32,000 nt of DNA, taken from contig NC_006055.1 in NCBI RefSeq assembly GCF_000008305.1, positions 120,001 to 152,000 of the forward strand, in the 5' to 3' direction. Positions 11,227-22,939 of the stretch are shown one piece after another. The first letter of the stretch is position 1. Every line of letters starts with the position of its first letter. The position numbers were made by a program, and so were the translations under genes. A model generated the notes under the pieces. It was not told the DNA's origin. It saw only the letters and a list, made by a program, of their open reading frames with translations, and did not search any database. This DNA is from Mesoplasma florum L1. Its GTDB lineage: Bacteria; Bacillota_I; Bacilli_A; Mycoplasmatales; Mycoplasmataceae.

Positions 11227-11667
11227 ATGAATAAGATATATATAGCAAACGATCATACAGCGATTGAAATGAAAAACGCTATTAAAAATCATTTAGAGAA
11301 AAAAGGTTATGAAGTTATTGATTTAGGTAACAATGATGGTAATTCATGTAACTATGCAAATATTGGAATTACTTTAGCAGAAGCTGTTGTTGCGGATGAA
11401 AATAATAAAGGTATTGCTTTATGTGGTACAGGAATTGGAATAAGCATTGCAGCAAATAAAGTTAAAGGTGCTAGAGCTGGACTTGTGTATGAAGTTCAAA
11501 CTGCTGAATTAACAAGACAACATAATAATGCAAATATATTAGCTACTGGTGCTAGATTAATTGCTGTTGATAAAGCACTTTTATTAGTAGACACTTTCTT
11601 AAATACTGAATTTGAAGGTGGAAGACATCAAGAAAGAGTAGGAACATTAGATGAGTACAATAAATAA
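11227..11667 (+). CDS. rpiB: Ribose-5-phosphate isomerase B (RpiB/LacAB family)
   Basis: [17 protein letters not shown] (catalytic Cys loop) and [14 protein letters not shown]. Confidence 0.9.
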   Translation: MNKIYIANDHTAIEMKNAIKNHLEKKGYEVIDLGNNDGNSCNYANIGITLAEAVVADENNKGIALCGTGIGISIAANKVKGARAGLVYEVQTAELTRQHNNANILATGARLIAVDKALLLVDTFLNTEFEGGRHQERVGTLDEYNK

Positions 11668-12889
11668 AAATATTTTAGAATCACTTAAAGGTGAATTAAA
11701 AAGACAACAAGATCACATTGAATTAATAGCAAGTGAAAACTATGTTAGTGATGCAGTTTTACAATTATCAGGAAGTATATTAACTAATAAATATGCAGAA
11801 GGTTACCCAGATAAAAGGTATTATGGTGGATGTGAATTTGTTGATCAAATTGAAAAACAAGGAATTGAATTAGCTAAAAAAATATTTAATGCAGGTCACG
11901 CTAATTTACAACCTCATTCAGGTAGTCAAGCTAATGAAGCTGTTTATCGTGCTTTATTACAAAACGGAGATAAAGTTGTTTCTATGAGTTTAGACGCTGG
12001 AGGTCACTTAACACATGGTTATCCAATTAATTTTTCAGGTAATAATTATGATTTTAAATTTTATGGAGTAAATAGAGAAACAGAAGAAATTGATTTTGAT
12101 GAAGTTAGAAAAGTTGTTTTAGAACATCAACCAAAATTAATTGTCGCTGGAGCTAGTGCTTACTCAAGAATTATAGACTTTAAAAAGTTTAGAGAAATTG
12201 CAGATGAAGTTGGAGCATTATTAATGGTTGATATGGCTCATATTGCTGGTTTAGTTGCTGGTGGTGCTCACCCAAACCCTATGGAATATGCAGATGTTGT
12301 TACAACAACAACACACAAAACTTTAAGAGGCGCAAGAGGTGGAATGATTTTATCAAAAGCTGAAATTGGTAAAAAAATTGATTCATCAGTTTTCCCAGGT
12401 ACTCAAGGTGGACCTTTAGAAAATCAAATAGCTGGGAAAGTTCAAGCCTTATATGAAGCAGATACTCCTGAATTTAAAGAATATGTTCATCAAGTAGTTG
12501 CTAACTCAAAAGCATTTGCTAAAGCCTTAGCAGATAATGGAATGAGATTAATAGCTAATGGAACAGATAATCATTTAATTAATTTAGATGTAAAAAATAC
12601 TTTAAATGTTACTGGAAAAGATGCAGAAAAAATCCTTGAAAGTATTGGTATAGTTTCAAATAAAAACATGATTCCTTTTGATACAGAAAAACCTTTTGTT
12701 ACAAGTGGAATTAGAGTTGGAACTGCAGCAATGACAACTAGAGGATTTAAAGAAGAACAATTTGTTGAAGTTGCTAAAATAATTGCAAGTGCATTAAAAG
12801 ATCAATCAGAAACAAATTTAAATACTCTTTCAAAAGAAGTTGCTAAATTATGTAAGCAATTCCCAATATATGAACATTTATCATATTAA
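11651..12889 (+). CDS. glyA: Serine hydroxymethyltransferase
   Basis: [20 protein letters not shown] and the PLP-lysine motif [14 protein letters not shown]. The start overlaps the rpiB 3' end by 17 nt. Confidence 0.97.
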   Translation: MSTINKNILESLKGELKRQQDHIELIASENYVSDAVLQLSGSILTNKYAEGYPDKRYYGGCEFVDQIEKQGIELAKKIFNAGHANLQPHSGSQANEAVYRALLQNGDKVVSMSLDAGGHLTHGYPINFSGNNYDFKFYGVNRETEEIDFDEVRKVVLEHQPKLIVAGASAYSRIIDFKKFREIADEVGALLMVDMAHIAGLVAGGAHPNPMEYADVVTTTTHKTLRGARGGMILSKAEIGKKIDSSVFPGTQGGPLENQIAGKVQALYEADTPEFKEYVHQVVANSKAFAKALADNGMRLIANGTDNHLINLDVKNTLNVTGKDAEKILESIGIVSNKNMIPFDTEKPFVTSGIRVGTAAMTTRGFKEEQFVEVAKIIASALKDQSETNLNTLSKEVAKLCKQFPIYEHLSY

Positions 12890-12934
12890 TACTTTATAAT
12901 ATTAATAATTTGGACAAATAGAGGGAAATAAGTT

Positions 12935-13558
12935 ATGGCATTTACAGAATTGAAACATCCATTGATAATTGATAAATTATCAAGAATGCGTAAAAAAGAA
13001 ACATCATCAAAAGATTTTAGAGAAAACCTTAATGAAATAGCACAATTAATGGTTTATGAAATTTTTAGAGATTTAGAACTTGAGGCAATTGAAATAGAAA
13101 CACCAATGACAAAAACAGTTGGGTATACAATTGATAAGCCAATTGTGTTAGTTCCTATTTTAAGAGCAGGTATAGGAATGTTAGATGGAATACAAAAATT
13201 AATTCCAACAGCAAGAATAGCTCATATTGGACTTTATCGTGATGAAGAAACTTTAGAAATTCATCAATACTTTGCAAAGAAAACTGAATCAATTGATGAA
13301 AGTTATGTAATAATAGTAGATCCTATGTTAGCAACAGGTGGTAGTGCTAACAAAGCAATTGATATAGTTAAAGGTTGAGGAGTTAAAAACATTAAATTTG
13401 TATGTTTAGTAGCTGTTGAACCAGGAATAAGCAATGTTCTTGAAAAACACCCTGATGTTGAGATATATGCTGCATCAAAAGATGAAAAGCTTTCTGATAA
13501 AGGATATATCATACCAGGTCTAGGAGACGCTGGAGACAGAATATTCGGTACAAAATAA
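12935..13558 (+). CDS. upp: Uracil phosphoribosyltransferase
   Basis: PILRAGIGM, the PRPP loop [13 protein letters not shown], and the C-terminal [20 protein letters not shown] at 13376-13378 is read as Trp and the stop is TAA at 13556-13558. Confidence 0.95.
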
Positions 13559-13577
13559 AATAGAAATTTTCTTTTTT

Positions 13578-13605
13578 AAAAACTCCAATAATTGGAGTTT
13601 TTTTA
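13578..13605 (+). terminator. Rho-independent terminator after upp
   Basis: AAACTCC (13580-13586), loop aataatt, GGAGTTT (13594-13600), then a T-run. Confidence 0.8.
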
Positions 13606-13680
13606 CTTTTACCACTTTTGTTATATTTTTTGTTTATAAGAGTAGAATATTAAAGAACGTAGTAGGCGAGGTGCTACTGA

Positions 13681-14076
13681 ATGGAATTAAAAAGTATATA
13701 TAAAAACTGGTTCAAAAATTCTACATGATCAATTATATTAATAATTAGTTTTTTAACAGGAATAACATTAATTTTGTTATTTGTGTTAAAAATTATTAAT
13801 TATAGCTGATTAACAGGTTGGGCTTTAGGTTTAACTTCGTTTTTAGTTGGTATTTTTATTAGCAAGAAGTCTGTAGAACTTCTTTTGAAAAATGAAAATC
13901 ATTTTTTATTTTACTTTTTCTTTTTATTAAGAATAGGTGCCTATGCCACTCCGTTATTTATTGCTTTTTTTAATAACAATATTATTTTTGATTATAAAGG
14001 TGTATTAATTGGTCTCAGTCCAATTTTGTTACTACCTTTTACAAATCATAAAGTCTTAAATATAAAAAATTATTAA
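13681..14076 (+). CDS. Small polytopic membrane protein at the atpI position (AtpI-like)
   Basis: GAGGTG RBS precedes the ATG at 13681. 131 aa with two in-frame TGA codons and about four hydrophobic segments. It lies immediately upstream of atpB, where atpI sits in Bacillus-type operons. I recognise no sequence motif. Confidence 0.6.
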
Positions 14077-14097
14077 AAAATTTAAGGAGGGTTCAAA

Positions 14098-14961
14098 TTG
14101 GACAATATGCTTGAAGGTTTATGATCGCTGACAACACAGTTTAGTGCAATCATTATAACCACAATTCTTATTTGTGCTATTTGTATTACTTATAACATTA
14201 AAGTGAGAGGGCAAGATGAGGATAAGGAATTATCTGGATTAATTGTTATTATAGATATGTTTGTATCTTCAGTTGAAAACTTAGTTATTTCAATTATGGG
14301 TAGAAAATATCGTAAATTAACTCCATACTTTTTATACATTTGTTTGTATATTATAGTAGGATCAATGGTTTCATTACTTGGTTTTGAATCACCATCTTCA
14401 TCATACACTGTTACTTTATCAATGGCTTTCGTTACTTTTGTGATGATTTATTACTTTGCATTTAGATATCAAAAATGAGCTTATCTAAAAAGATATATAA
14501 ATCCAATTGAAATATTCACACAATTCACACCATTGCTTTCTATGTCGTTCCGTCTTTTCGGTAACCTTTTAGGGGGTTCAATTATTTTAGGATTAGTGTA
14601 CGCAATGTTCATAGGTTTCCAAAGTAGTTGAGCACATGGAACAATTAGCTTTGGAGATGAAGGTATGCATTGACCATCATTTGGATTTTGAAATGCTGGT
14701 GTACTAGGAGATGACGCTTGAAAAATGCAGTATACATACTGATGATCAGGGGTTAACATTTTCACTAGTGTGATCACACCATTCTTACATATGTATTTTG
14801 ATATGTTTGATGCTGTTATCCAAGCTGTTGTATTTACAATGTTATCGCTTTCATATTGAGCAGAAGGTATGGGAGAAGAACAAGAGTTAACTCACAAAGG
14901 TGAGGATAGAAATAGTTCAAAAAAAACTCAGAAATTAAAAAGAATAGAATTACAAAAATAA
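14098..14961 (+). CDS. atpB: F0 ATP synthase subunit a
   Basis: AAGGAGGG RBS at 14084-14091, then TTG at 14098. An in-frame ATG at 14107 is an alternative start. The essential-Arg motif MSFRLFGN and the C-terminal helix DAVIQAVVFTMLSLSYW are present. There are nine in-frame TGA codons. Stop is TAA at 14959-14961. Confidence 0.9.
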
Positions 14962-14978
14962 AAAGGAGAATTATATTT

Positions 14979-15293
14979 ATGTTATTTACAGATTACATGG
15001 CAAATTTTTTAGTAGGATACTTTAGTGTATTATCAAGTATTATGCCTTTATTAGCAGAAACATCATCAACTGGTGAAGGTCTTAAATTATTAGGTGCCGG
15101 AGTTGCTATTATCGGAGTTGCTGGAGCAGGAATCGGACAAGGTGCAGTTGGACAAGGTGCATGTATGGCAATCGGAAGAAACCCAGAAATGGCACCAAAA
15201 ATTACTTCAACTATGATTATTGCAGCAGGAATTGCAGAATCAGGAGCTATTTACGCATTAGTTGTTGCTATTTTATTAATTTTCGTAGCTTAA
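14979..15293 (+). CDS. atpE: F0 ATP synthase subunit c
   Basis: GGAG RBS is present. Gly-rich helix 1 (GVAGAGIGQGAVGQG), loop GRNPE, and helix 2 with the carboxylate (IAESGAIYALVVAILL). Confidence 0.93.
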   Translation: MLFTDYMANFLVGYFSVLSSIMPLLAETSSTGEGLKLLGAGVAIIGVAGAGIGQGAVGQGACMAIGRNPEMAPKITSTMIIAAGIAESGAIYALVVAILLIFVA

Positions 15294-15321
15294 GAAATAA
15301 AAAGAAAGAAGGGTGTGTTAC

Positions 15322-15855
15322 ATGATATTTTTCGCAGAAACACAAACAGCTGGAGTTCCAGAAATCATAACATCTTTATTTCCTAACTTGCCAAACTTTA
15401 TTGCGCACGTTATAGCTACAATTGTTTTAGTAGTTATACTATCAAAATTGATGTATAAACCATTTAGAAAAACTATTAAAGATAGAAGAAACAAAATAAA
15501 TGAATTATTAAGCGAGGCTGTGCAAAAGCAAACAGAAGCAAATATTGGTGTTAGAAAAGCTGAAGCATTATTGCAAGACGCTAAAACAGAATCTTCATTA
15601 ATTATTCAAACTTCAAAAGTTGATGCTGACATTCAAAAAACTCACATCATATCTGAAGCTCATAAATACGCTGATATTATTAAGAATCAAGCAGAAAAAG
15701 ACATTGCTCAAGAAAGATCAAAAATAGAAGCAGAAATCAAGACAACAATAGTAAATGTTGCATTCGATGCTGCTGAACAAATTTTACAGACAGAAATCAA
15801 TAAGACAAAAAACAAAAAAATTGTTGATGAATTTATTGAAAACCTAGATAAATAA
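15322..15855 (+). CDS. atpF: F0 ATP synthase subunit b
   Basis: One N-terminal TM (FIAHVIATIVLVVILSKLMY) is followed by a long charged helix, and the operon position fits. ATG at 15322 is preferred over the upstream in-frame GTG at 15313. Confidence 0.82.
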   Translation: MIFFAETQTAGVPEIITSLFPNLPNFIAHVIATIVLVVILSKLMYKPFRKTIKDRRNKINELLSEAVQKQTEANIGVRKAEALLQDAKTESSLIIQTSKVDADIQKTHIISEAHKYADIIKNQAEKDIAQERSKIEAEIKTTIVNVAFDAAEQILQTEINKTKNKKIVDEFIENLDK

Positions 15856-15859
15856 AATT

Positions 15860-16411
15860 ATGGTTTTAAAAGATAACGTTATTGATAATTGAGCAAATGC
15901 TTTAACAAAAATTGCTGTAAAAGAAAACAAAGTTAAAAAAATGTTAGAACAAGCACACGTGCTAATTGAAGTTCTAAAAAATAAAAATGAGTTTGTTGAC
16001 ATTCTTACTTTTAAATCAGCACATGATGAAGAAAAAAGAATAAAAATAATTGATGATACTTTTAGTCAATTTAATATTGATGAAGATATCATGAATGCTT
16101 TTAAAATATTAGTTCATATGCAAGCATTTGTAAATGCAAGAGATATTTTAAAAAAATTAAGAGGAAAACTTGTTGAATTAGACAACATGACTTATGGTGT
16201 TGTTTGATCTACTGAAGAAATATCAGCAGCTCAAATAAAAGAGATCGAAGAAAAAATGTCTAAAAAAATTAATAAAGAAGTTAAATTAGTTAATAAAATT
16301 GACACTAAGTTAATTGCAGGTATTCAAGTAGTTGTTCATAACAAAGTTTATGATGGCTCATTAAGAAGTAAACTTGATGAAATGAAATATCAAGTATTGA
16401 AAGAAAAATAG
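15860..16411 (+). CDS. atpH: F1 ATP synthase subunit delta (OSCP)
   Basis: ATG lies 4 nt after the atpF stop. The C-terminus is delta-like (LIAGIQVVVHNKVYDGSLRSKLDEMK) and the operon position fits. Two in-frame TGA codons occur. Stop is TAG at 16409-16411. Confidence 0.85.
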
Positions 16412-16423
16412 GAGGTTTAATAT

Positions 16424-18001
16424 ATGGCATTAAATATTAAAGAAATCTCTGAAGTAATTGAAAAACAAATAAAAAACTATGGTAAAGATATTATTGAAGC
16501 TGAGCAAGGTAGTGTTGTTACTATTGGGGATGGTGTTTCTTTAATTTACGGATTAGACAAAGCTTTAATGGGTGAATTGTTAATTTTCCCTAATGATGTT
16601 TATGGTATGGTTTTAAGTCTTGAAGAAGGAGCTGTTGGAGCTGTTATTCTTGGAGATTATAAACTTATCAAAGAAGGTGACATTGTTAAACGTACAGGTA
16701 AAGTTGTTGAAACACCTGTTGGTGATGCAATGATTGGTAGAGTTGTTAATGCATTGGGACAACCAATTGACAATAATGGACCAATCAAAACTAAAAAATC
16801 TAAACCAGTTGAAAGAATAGCAACAGGAGTTATGGCTCGTAAATCAGTTAGTCAACCTCTAGAAACAGGTATTCTTGGAATTGATGCATCTATTCCAATT
16901 GGAAAAGGACAACGTGAGTTAATCATTGGAGATCGTCAAACTGGTAAAACAGCTGTAGCAATTGATACAATCATTAACCAAAAAGGTAAAAATGTTAAAT
17001 GTATTTATGTATCAATTGGACAAAAAGATTCAACAATTGCACAAGTTGTTGAAAAACTTAAAAAATTTGGTGCAATGGAATATACTACTGTTGTTAATGC
17101 AGGAGCTAGTGATTCAGCACCATTACAATATTTAGCACCATATACTGGTGTAACTATTGGTGAAGAATGAATGGAAAATGGAGAAGACGTTTTAATTGTT
17201 TATGATGACTTATCAAAACATGCGGTTGCTTATCGTGAAATGTCTCTTCTATTAAGAAGACCACCAGGTCGTGAAGCTTATCCTGGTGATGTATTCTACT
17301 TACACTCACGTCTTTTAGAAAGAGCAGCTAGAGTTAATGAAAAATTTGGTGGTGGTTCAATTACTGCTTTACCAATTATTGAAACTCAAGCAAGTGATAT
17401 TTCAGCATATATTCCAACAAACGTAATTTCAATTACCGATGGTCAAATTTTCTTATCAAGTGATTTATTCATGGCAGGTATTAGACCAGCTATTAATATT
17501 GGTCCTTCAGTATCTAGAGTTGGTTCATCAGCGCAAATCAAAGCTGTTAAACAAGTTTCAGGAACATTGAAATTAGAATTAGCTCAATATTATGAACTAG
17601 AAGCTTTCTCAAAATTTGGTTCAGATTTAGATGAATCAACAAAAGCAACTTTAGATCATGGGGCAAGAATTATCCAAATGTTAGTTCAACGTCAATATTC
17701 ACCTTTAAATCAAATTGATGAAGCAATTATTTTATTTGCTATTAAATCTCACTTAATTAAATGAATTCCTTTAGAAAACATTAGAGATTTTAAAACTGAA
17801 ATAATTACATTCTTTAATAATGAAAAAGATGCAAAAGCTTTAAAAGCTGAATTAACTAAAAAACTTGAATGAAATGCTGATCTTGAAAGTGGAATTCAAA
17901 AAGAAATTGAAAAATTAGTTGTTAAATTCACTTCTACTTTAAAAAACTACAACCCAACTATTTTTGGGGATGAAAAAGAATTTAAAAAATTAGGTAAGTA
18001 A
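16424..18001 (+). CDS. atpA: F1 ATP synthase subunit alpha
   Basis: Walker [55 protein letters not shown]. Track ORFs 16424-17170 and 17171-17764 are contiguous in one frame across TGA 17168-17170. Stop is TAA at 17999-18001. Confidence 0.98.
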
Positions 18002-18846
18002 TGGCAAATTTAAGTAATTTAAAAACACAAATTTCTAATACACAAGATATCGGTAAAATTACTAACGCTATGCAATTAGTTGCTAGTGCAAAATTACGTC
18101 GTATTGGTAAAAAAGTTACAGAGACTCAAGAATATGTATCAGAAGTTTATGCTATTTTTAATGAAATAATTAAACATTCAAGTGAATCAATTTATTTAAA
18201 AAATTCTGCTAATGATATTAAAAAAACTTTATGAGTTGTTGTTAACTCAAATTTAGGTTTATGTGGTGGTTATAATGCCAACGTTAATAAATTAGTTATT
18301 AGTAATTTCAAAAAAGAAGATCAAATATATGCTATTGGTTCAAAAGCTGTTTCAGCTTACAATAGTAAAAAAATAAAAATTAAAAATGAATGTACTGATG
18401 TTGATATTGATTTTTCACCAGCACAAGCAAAACAAATAGGTAATGAATTGTTAAGTTATTACTCAAGTGGAGAGTTTGATGAAATTCAAATTGTTTATAC
18501 TAAGTTTATTAATAACGTAACATTTGAACCTACAAAATTAAGAGTTTTCCCAATTATCAAAGAAGAAACTCAAGAAACTTCAAGCAGTTACTATAGCTTT
18601 GAACCAAGTGCTGAAGAAGTTTTAAATAATGCCGTTACTTTATATTTAAGTACAATAATCTTTGGAACAATTGTAGAATCACAAGTAAGTGAACAAGCAA
18701 GTAGAAGATTAGCTATGGAAAATGCGACAAATAATGGTAAAGAATTAGAATACAATTTAAGTATTCAATATAATCGTGAAAGACAAGCATCAATTACACA
18801 AGAAATATCAGAAATTGTTTCTGGTGCTAATGCTTTAATGGGATAG
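18001..18846 (+). CDS. atpG: F1 ATP synthase subunit gamma
   Basis: The start ATG shares one nucleotide with the atpA stop (TAATG). N-terminus is IKTQISNTQDIGKITNAMQLVASAKL and C-terminus is ITQEISEIVSGANAL. Track pieces 18001-18234 and 18448-18846 are in the same frame. Confidence 0.95.
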
Positions 18847-20295
<1,449 letters not shown>

Positions 20296-20305
20296 GTGAA
20301 TTTAA

Positions 20306-20605
20306 ATGGCAATTAATTTAATAATTACTACTCCAAATGGTAAATTTATAGATAATAAAAAAGTTGATATCATTAACTTAAAAACTATTGATGGAGATAT
20401 TGGGGTATTAGGAAATATGTCGCCGTTGGTTACAGCTTTAAAAATTGGTAATATGAATTTTAAAGTTAATAATCAAACTCATTGAATTCACTTACATAGA
20501 GGCCTAGCAATAATTAACGCAACAGAATGTAAGATAATTACAGAAAGATTATATTTGGTAAACGAAAATGGTACTAAAATACCAACACCAGATAAATTAG
20601 ATTAA
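20306..20605 (+). CDS. atpC: F1 ATP synthase subunit epsilon, short form (99 aa)
   Basis: AGGTGA RBS is present and the gene is last in the atp operon. The N-terminal beta-sandwich-like sequence is LIITTPNGKF...GDIGVLGNMSPLVTAL. There is one in-frame TGA. Stop is TAA at 20603-20605. Confidence 0.85.
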
Positions 20606-20610
20606 TTAAA

Positions 20611-20646
20611 AACTTTATCTCTTTTTAAGAAATAAAGTTTTTTTTG
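20611..20646 (+). terminator. Probable (AT-rich) terminator after the atp operon
   Basis: AACTTTAT (20611-20618) pairs with ATAAAGTT (20632-20639) across a 13-nt loop, followed by a T-run. The stem has only one G:C pair, so it is weak. Confidence 0.5.
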
Positions 20647-20685
20647 TATTTTTAGGAACATAATTAAATAAAAGGAGAATATCTT

Positions 20686-21090
20686 ATGAGTAAAATTTAT
20701 GAAACAACAGTAACTAATACAGGAGGAAGAACTGGAGAAGTTATTTCATCTGATGGAAAATTTAATTTAAAAATTTCATCACCTACATTAAATTTAGAAG
20801 GTACAACAAACCCTGAGCAATTATTTGCAGCAGGATATAGTTCATGCTTTAATGGAGCATTGCAAGCTGTAATGGCTAAAAATAAAGTTTCATTTAAAAC
20901 AAATGTAACTGCTAAAGTAGCATTACACAATAATGGAGAATTGAACTTTAATATATCAGTTGAATTACAAGTTGAAATTATAGGAGCAGATAAAGAAGTT
21001 GCTGAAAAATTAATGCATGAAGCAGACTTGGTATGTCCTTATTCAAAAGCTTTAAAAAACAATGTAGAAGTTACACTAAGTTTAAAATAA
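20686..21090 (+). CDS. Ohr/OsmC-family organic hydroperoxide reductase
   Basis: AAGGAGA RBS is present. 134 aa. The two conserved Cys contexts of the Ohr subfamily are PEQLFAAGYSSCF and LVCPYSKAL. Confidence 0.85.
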   Translation: MSKIYETTVTNTGGRTGEVISSDGKFNLKISSPTLNLEGTTNPEQLFAAGYSSCFNGALQAVMAKNKVSFKTNVTAKVALHNNGELNFNISVELQVEIIGADKEVAEKLMHEADLVCPYSKALKNNVEVTLSLK

Positions 21091-21290
21091 CAATAAAACA
21101 TTATAGTGATACCTAAAATGAAAAATAAAAACTTTTATTTATTCAATTAATTTTTAATAACAACATTTTAATTTTAGAAATTAACAAATCTAAATTAGTT
21201 GATGTTGTTTGTTTAAATATATCAATAAAATCTTTTTACATAAAAAGATATTTTTGACTTATAATTTTTAAAAAAAATGGAGGCATGCTT

Positions 21291-22880
21291 ATGAAAATAA
21301 TTATTAAGCAACATTTTTGACTTTTTTCTTTATTTCTTTTTTTATCAATTGTTGGAGCTGTTGGTACTCTTTTCTTTGCTTATTTTTTTGGTAAAGTAAT
21401 TGAGTTTGCAATTTCTAAAGATTTACAAAATTTTATTTTTTATATAATTGTTGCTTTACTAACAACTATCATTGCTATCGTTTCTGATTACTTGTCAGTA
21501 TTAATTCAAAATAAAATAATTAAAGAAATCAATCAAGAATTACGTAAAAAGTATTATGATAAAATTTTATCTGATCAGTTCAATAGTAATATAGATACTG
21601 GAAAATTTATAAATAATTCATCAAATAAAATATCCCAATTAGAAATATTTTATTATCAAAGTATTTTTTTGATTTTTAGTGGAATTTGTTTTTTGATTTT
21701 ATCAGTAGTTATGGTTATTTATTATAATTGATTAATTTTTATAATAACAACCCTTTTTTCAATTTTAGTGTTTTTAGTCCCTTTTCTAACAACTAAAAAA
21801 TCCCATAAAAAAATAGAAATATCTAATCAAACAAATGATGAGTTTTTACAGTTTAGCAAAGATAGTGTTAAATCATATTGAAATTATTGAAGTTTAAATA
21901 AAACTCACAAGCTTAAATCAGATTTAATGAAAATATCAAATAATTATGAAAAAGCAAACAAGATTAGTAAAAACTTTCAAGGATTGCAAGTTATGCTAAG
22001 CACAATAACAATTTATTTAATTCAAATTATTTTAATAACTTTAATTTCTTATTTTTTATTTAAAAATATTTTTACAGTTGCAATTGTTGTAACTCTGTCA
22101 CAAGTGACAACACAGTACATTCAATCATTTGGAATAATTTTAAATCATTTTATAAAATATTTAAACTTACGAAAAACAAATGATGAAATTAATGACCCTT
22201 ACATTAAAGAATTAGAAAATTTTACTAAAACTGAAGTTATTGAAGAAAAATTAGAATCAATTGTATTTAAAGATTTTACATTTAAATATGATCAAACAAC
22301 AATCTTGGATAAAATAAATTTAAAGATCGTAAGTGGTGATAAAGTTTTAATTTTAGGAAAATCAGGAGTTGGTAAATCTACTTTGTTAAAACAATTATTT
22401 TATCCAAAATCTTTTGATGTAAAAAGTGAGATATCCATAAACAAAACTAGGTGTGATAACTATGACATCCGTAAACAAGCAGTTTACATTGATCAAGATA
22501 TTTTCTTAAGTAAGGACACAATTTGAAATAATATTACATTGGCAAATCCTGAAATTAGTAAAGAAGAAGTAGATTTTTATTTAAAATTTTTACAATTAGA
22601 TCATTTAATTGATAGATTAGAATTTGGCCTTGAAACAATTATTCTAGATAATATGCAAAATTTGAGTGGTGGAGAAAGACAACGTTTTGCAATTTTGAGA
22701 GGTTTAGTTGCAAAAAAACCTTGAATGTTTTTGGATGAAGTGAACTCTGCGTTAGATAAAAAAACATCAAACTTAATAATGAATTATTTATTAAATAAAA
22801 AAAATTTAACTATTATTATGGTTGCTCATCATATTGATAAAGAAGAGTTAAATAAGTTCAATAAAATTATCAAATTATAA
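21291..22880 (+). CDS. Fused ABC exporter (N-terminal transmembrane domain plus C-terminal ATPase), half-transporter
   Basis: GGAGG RBS precedes the ATG at 21291. Track ORFs 21492-21731, 21927-22526 and 22539-22724 all share frame 0 and are joined by in-frame TGA codons. Motifs are Walker A GKSGVGKST, Q-loop VYIDQD, signature LSGGERQR, Walker B/D-loop MFLDEVNSALD and H-loop MVAHH. The N-terminal roughly 300 aa is strongly hydrophobic. Confidence 0.85.
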
Positions 22881-22890
22881 TTAAGTTATT

Positions 22891-22939
22891 AAAAATGAGT
22901 TTTTTCATAGGTTTGCGCCTATTGAAAGAACTCATTTTT
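22891..22939. terminator. Long composite bidirectional terminator between the convergent ABC exporter and pdp genes
   Basis: I hand-paired 21 bp with one bulge. The outer stem is AAAAATGAGTT/AACTCATTTTT, the inner stem is ATAGG/CCTAT, and the loop is TTTGCG. An A-run lies on the left and a T-run on the right. It starts 11 nt after the ABC stop and ends 2 nt from the pdp stop. Confidence 0.8.

Noticed and set aside
15313-15321. A GTG start at 15313 for atpF (MCYM...).
   Set aside because: No better RBS supports it than supports the ATG at 15322, and the three extra residues add nothing recognisable. I kept it as a possible alternative only.
16424-17764. atpA appears split into two abutting ORFs (16424-17170 and 17171-17764), which could suggest a pseudogene or split gene. 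Similar fragmentation affects oppA, ftsK, uvrC, upp, atpB, atpG, pdp, the mutase, the ABC exporter, rplB and rplD.
   Set aside because: All fragments of each gene lie in a single frame and are separated only by TGA codons at positions that encode conserved Trp. This is table-4 decoding, not gene decay. I found no frameshifts and no in-frame TAA or TAG.
21118-21150. A 10-codon mini-ORF (MKNKNFYLFN) lies in the 200-bp spacer upstream of the ABC exporter and could be an exported-peptide precursor.
   Set aside because: It has no RBS, no leader-peptide features such as a double-glycine motif, and a length and composition expected by chance in AT-rich sequence.
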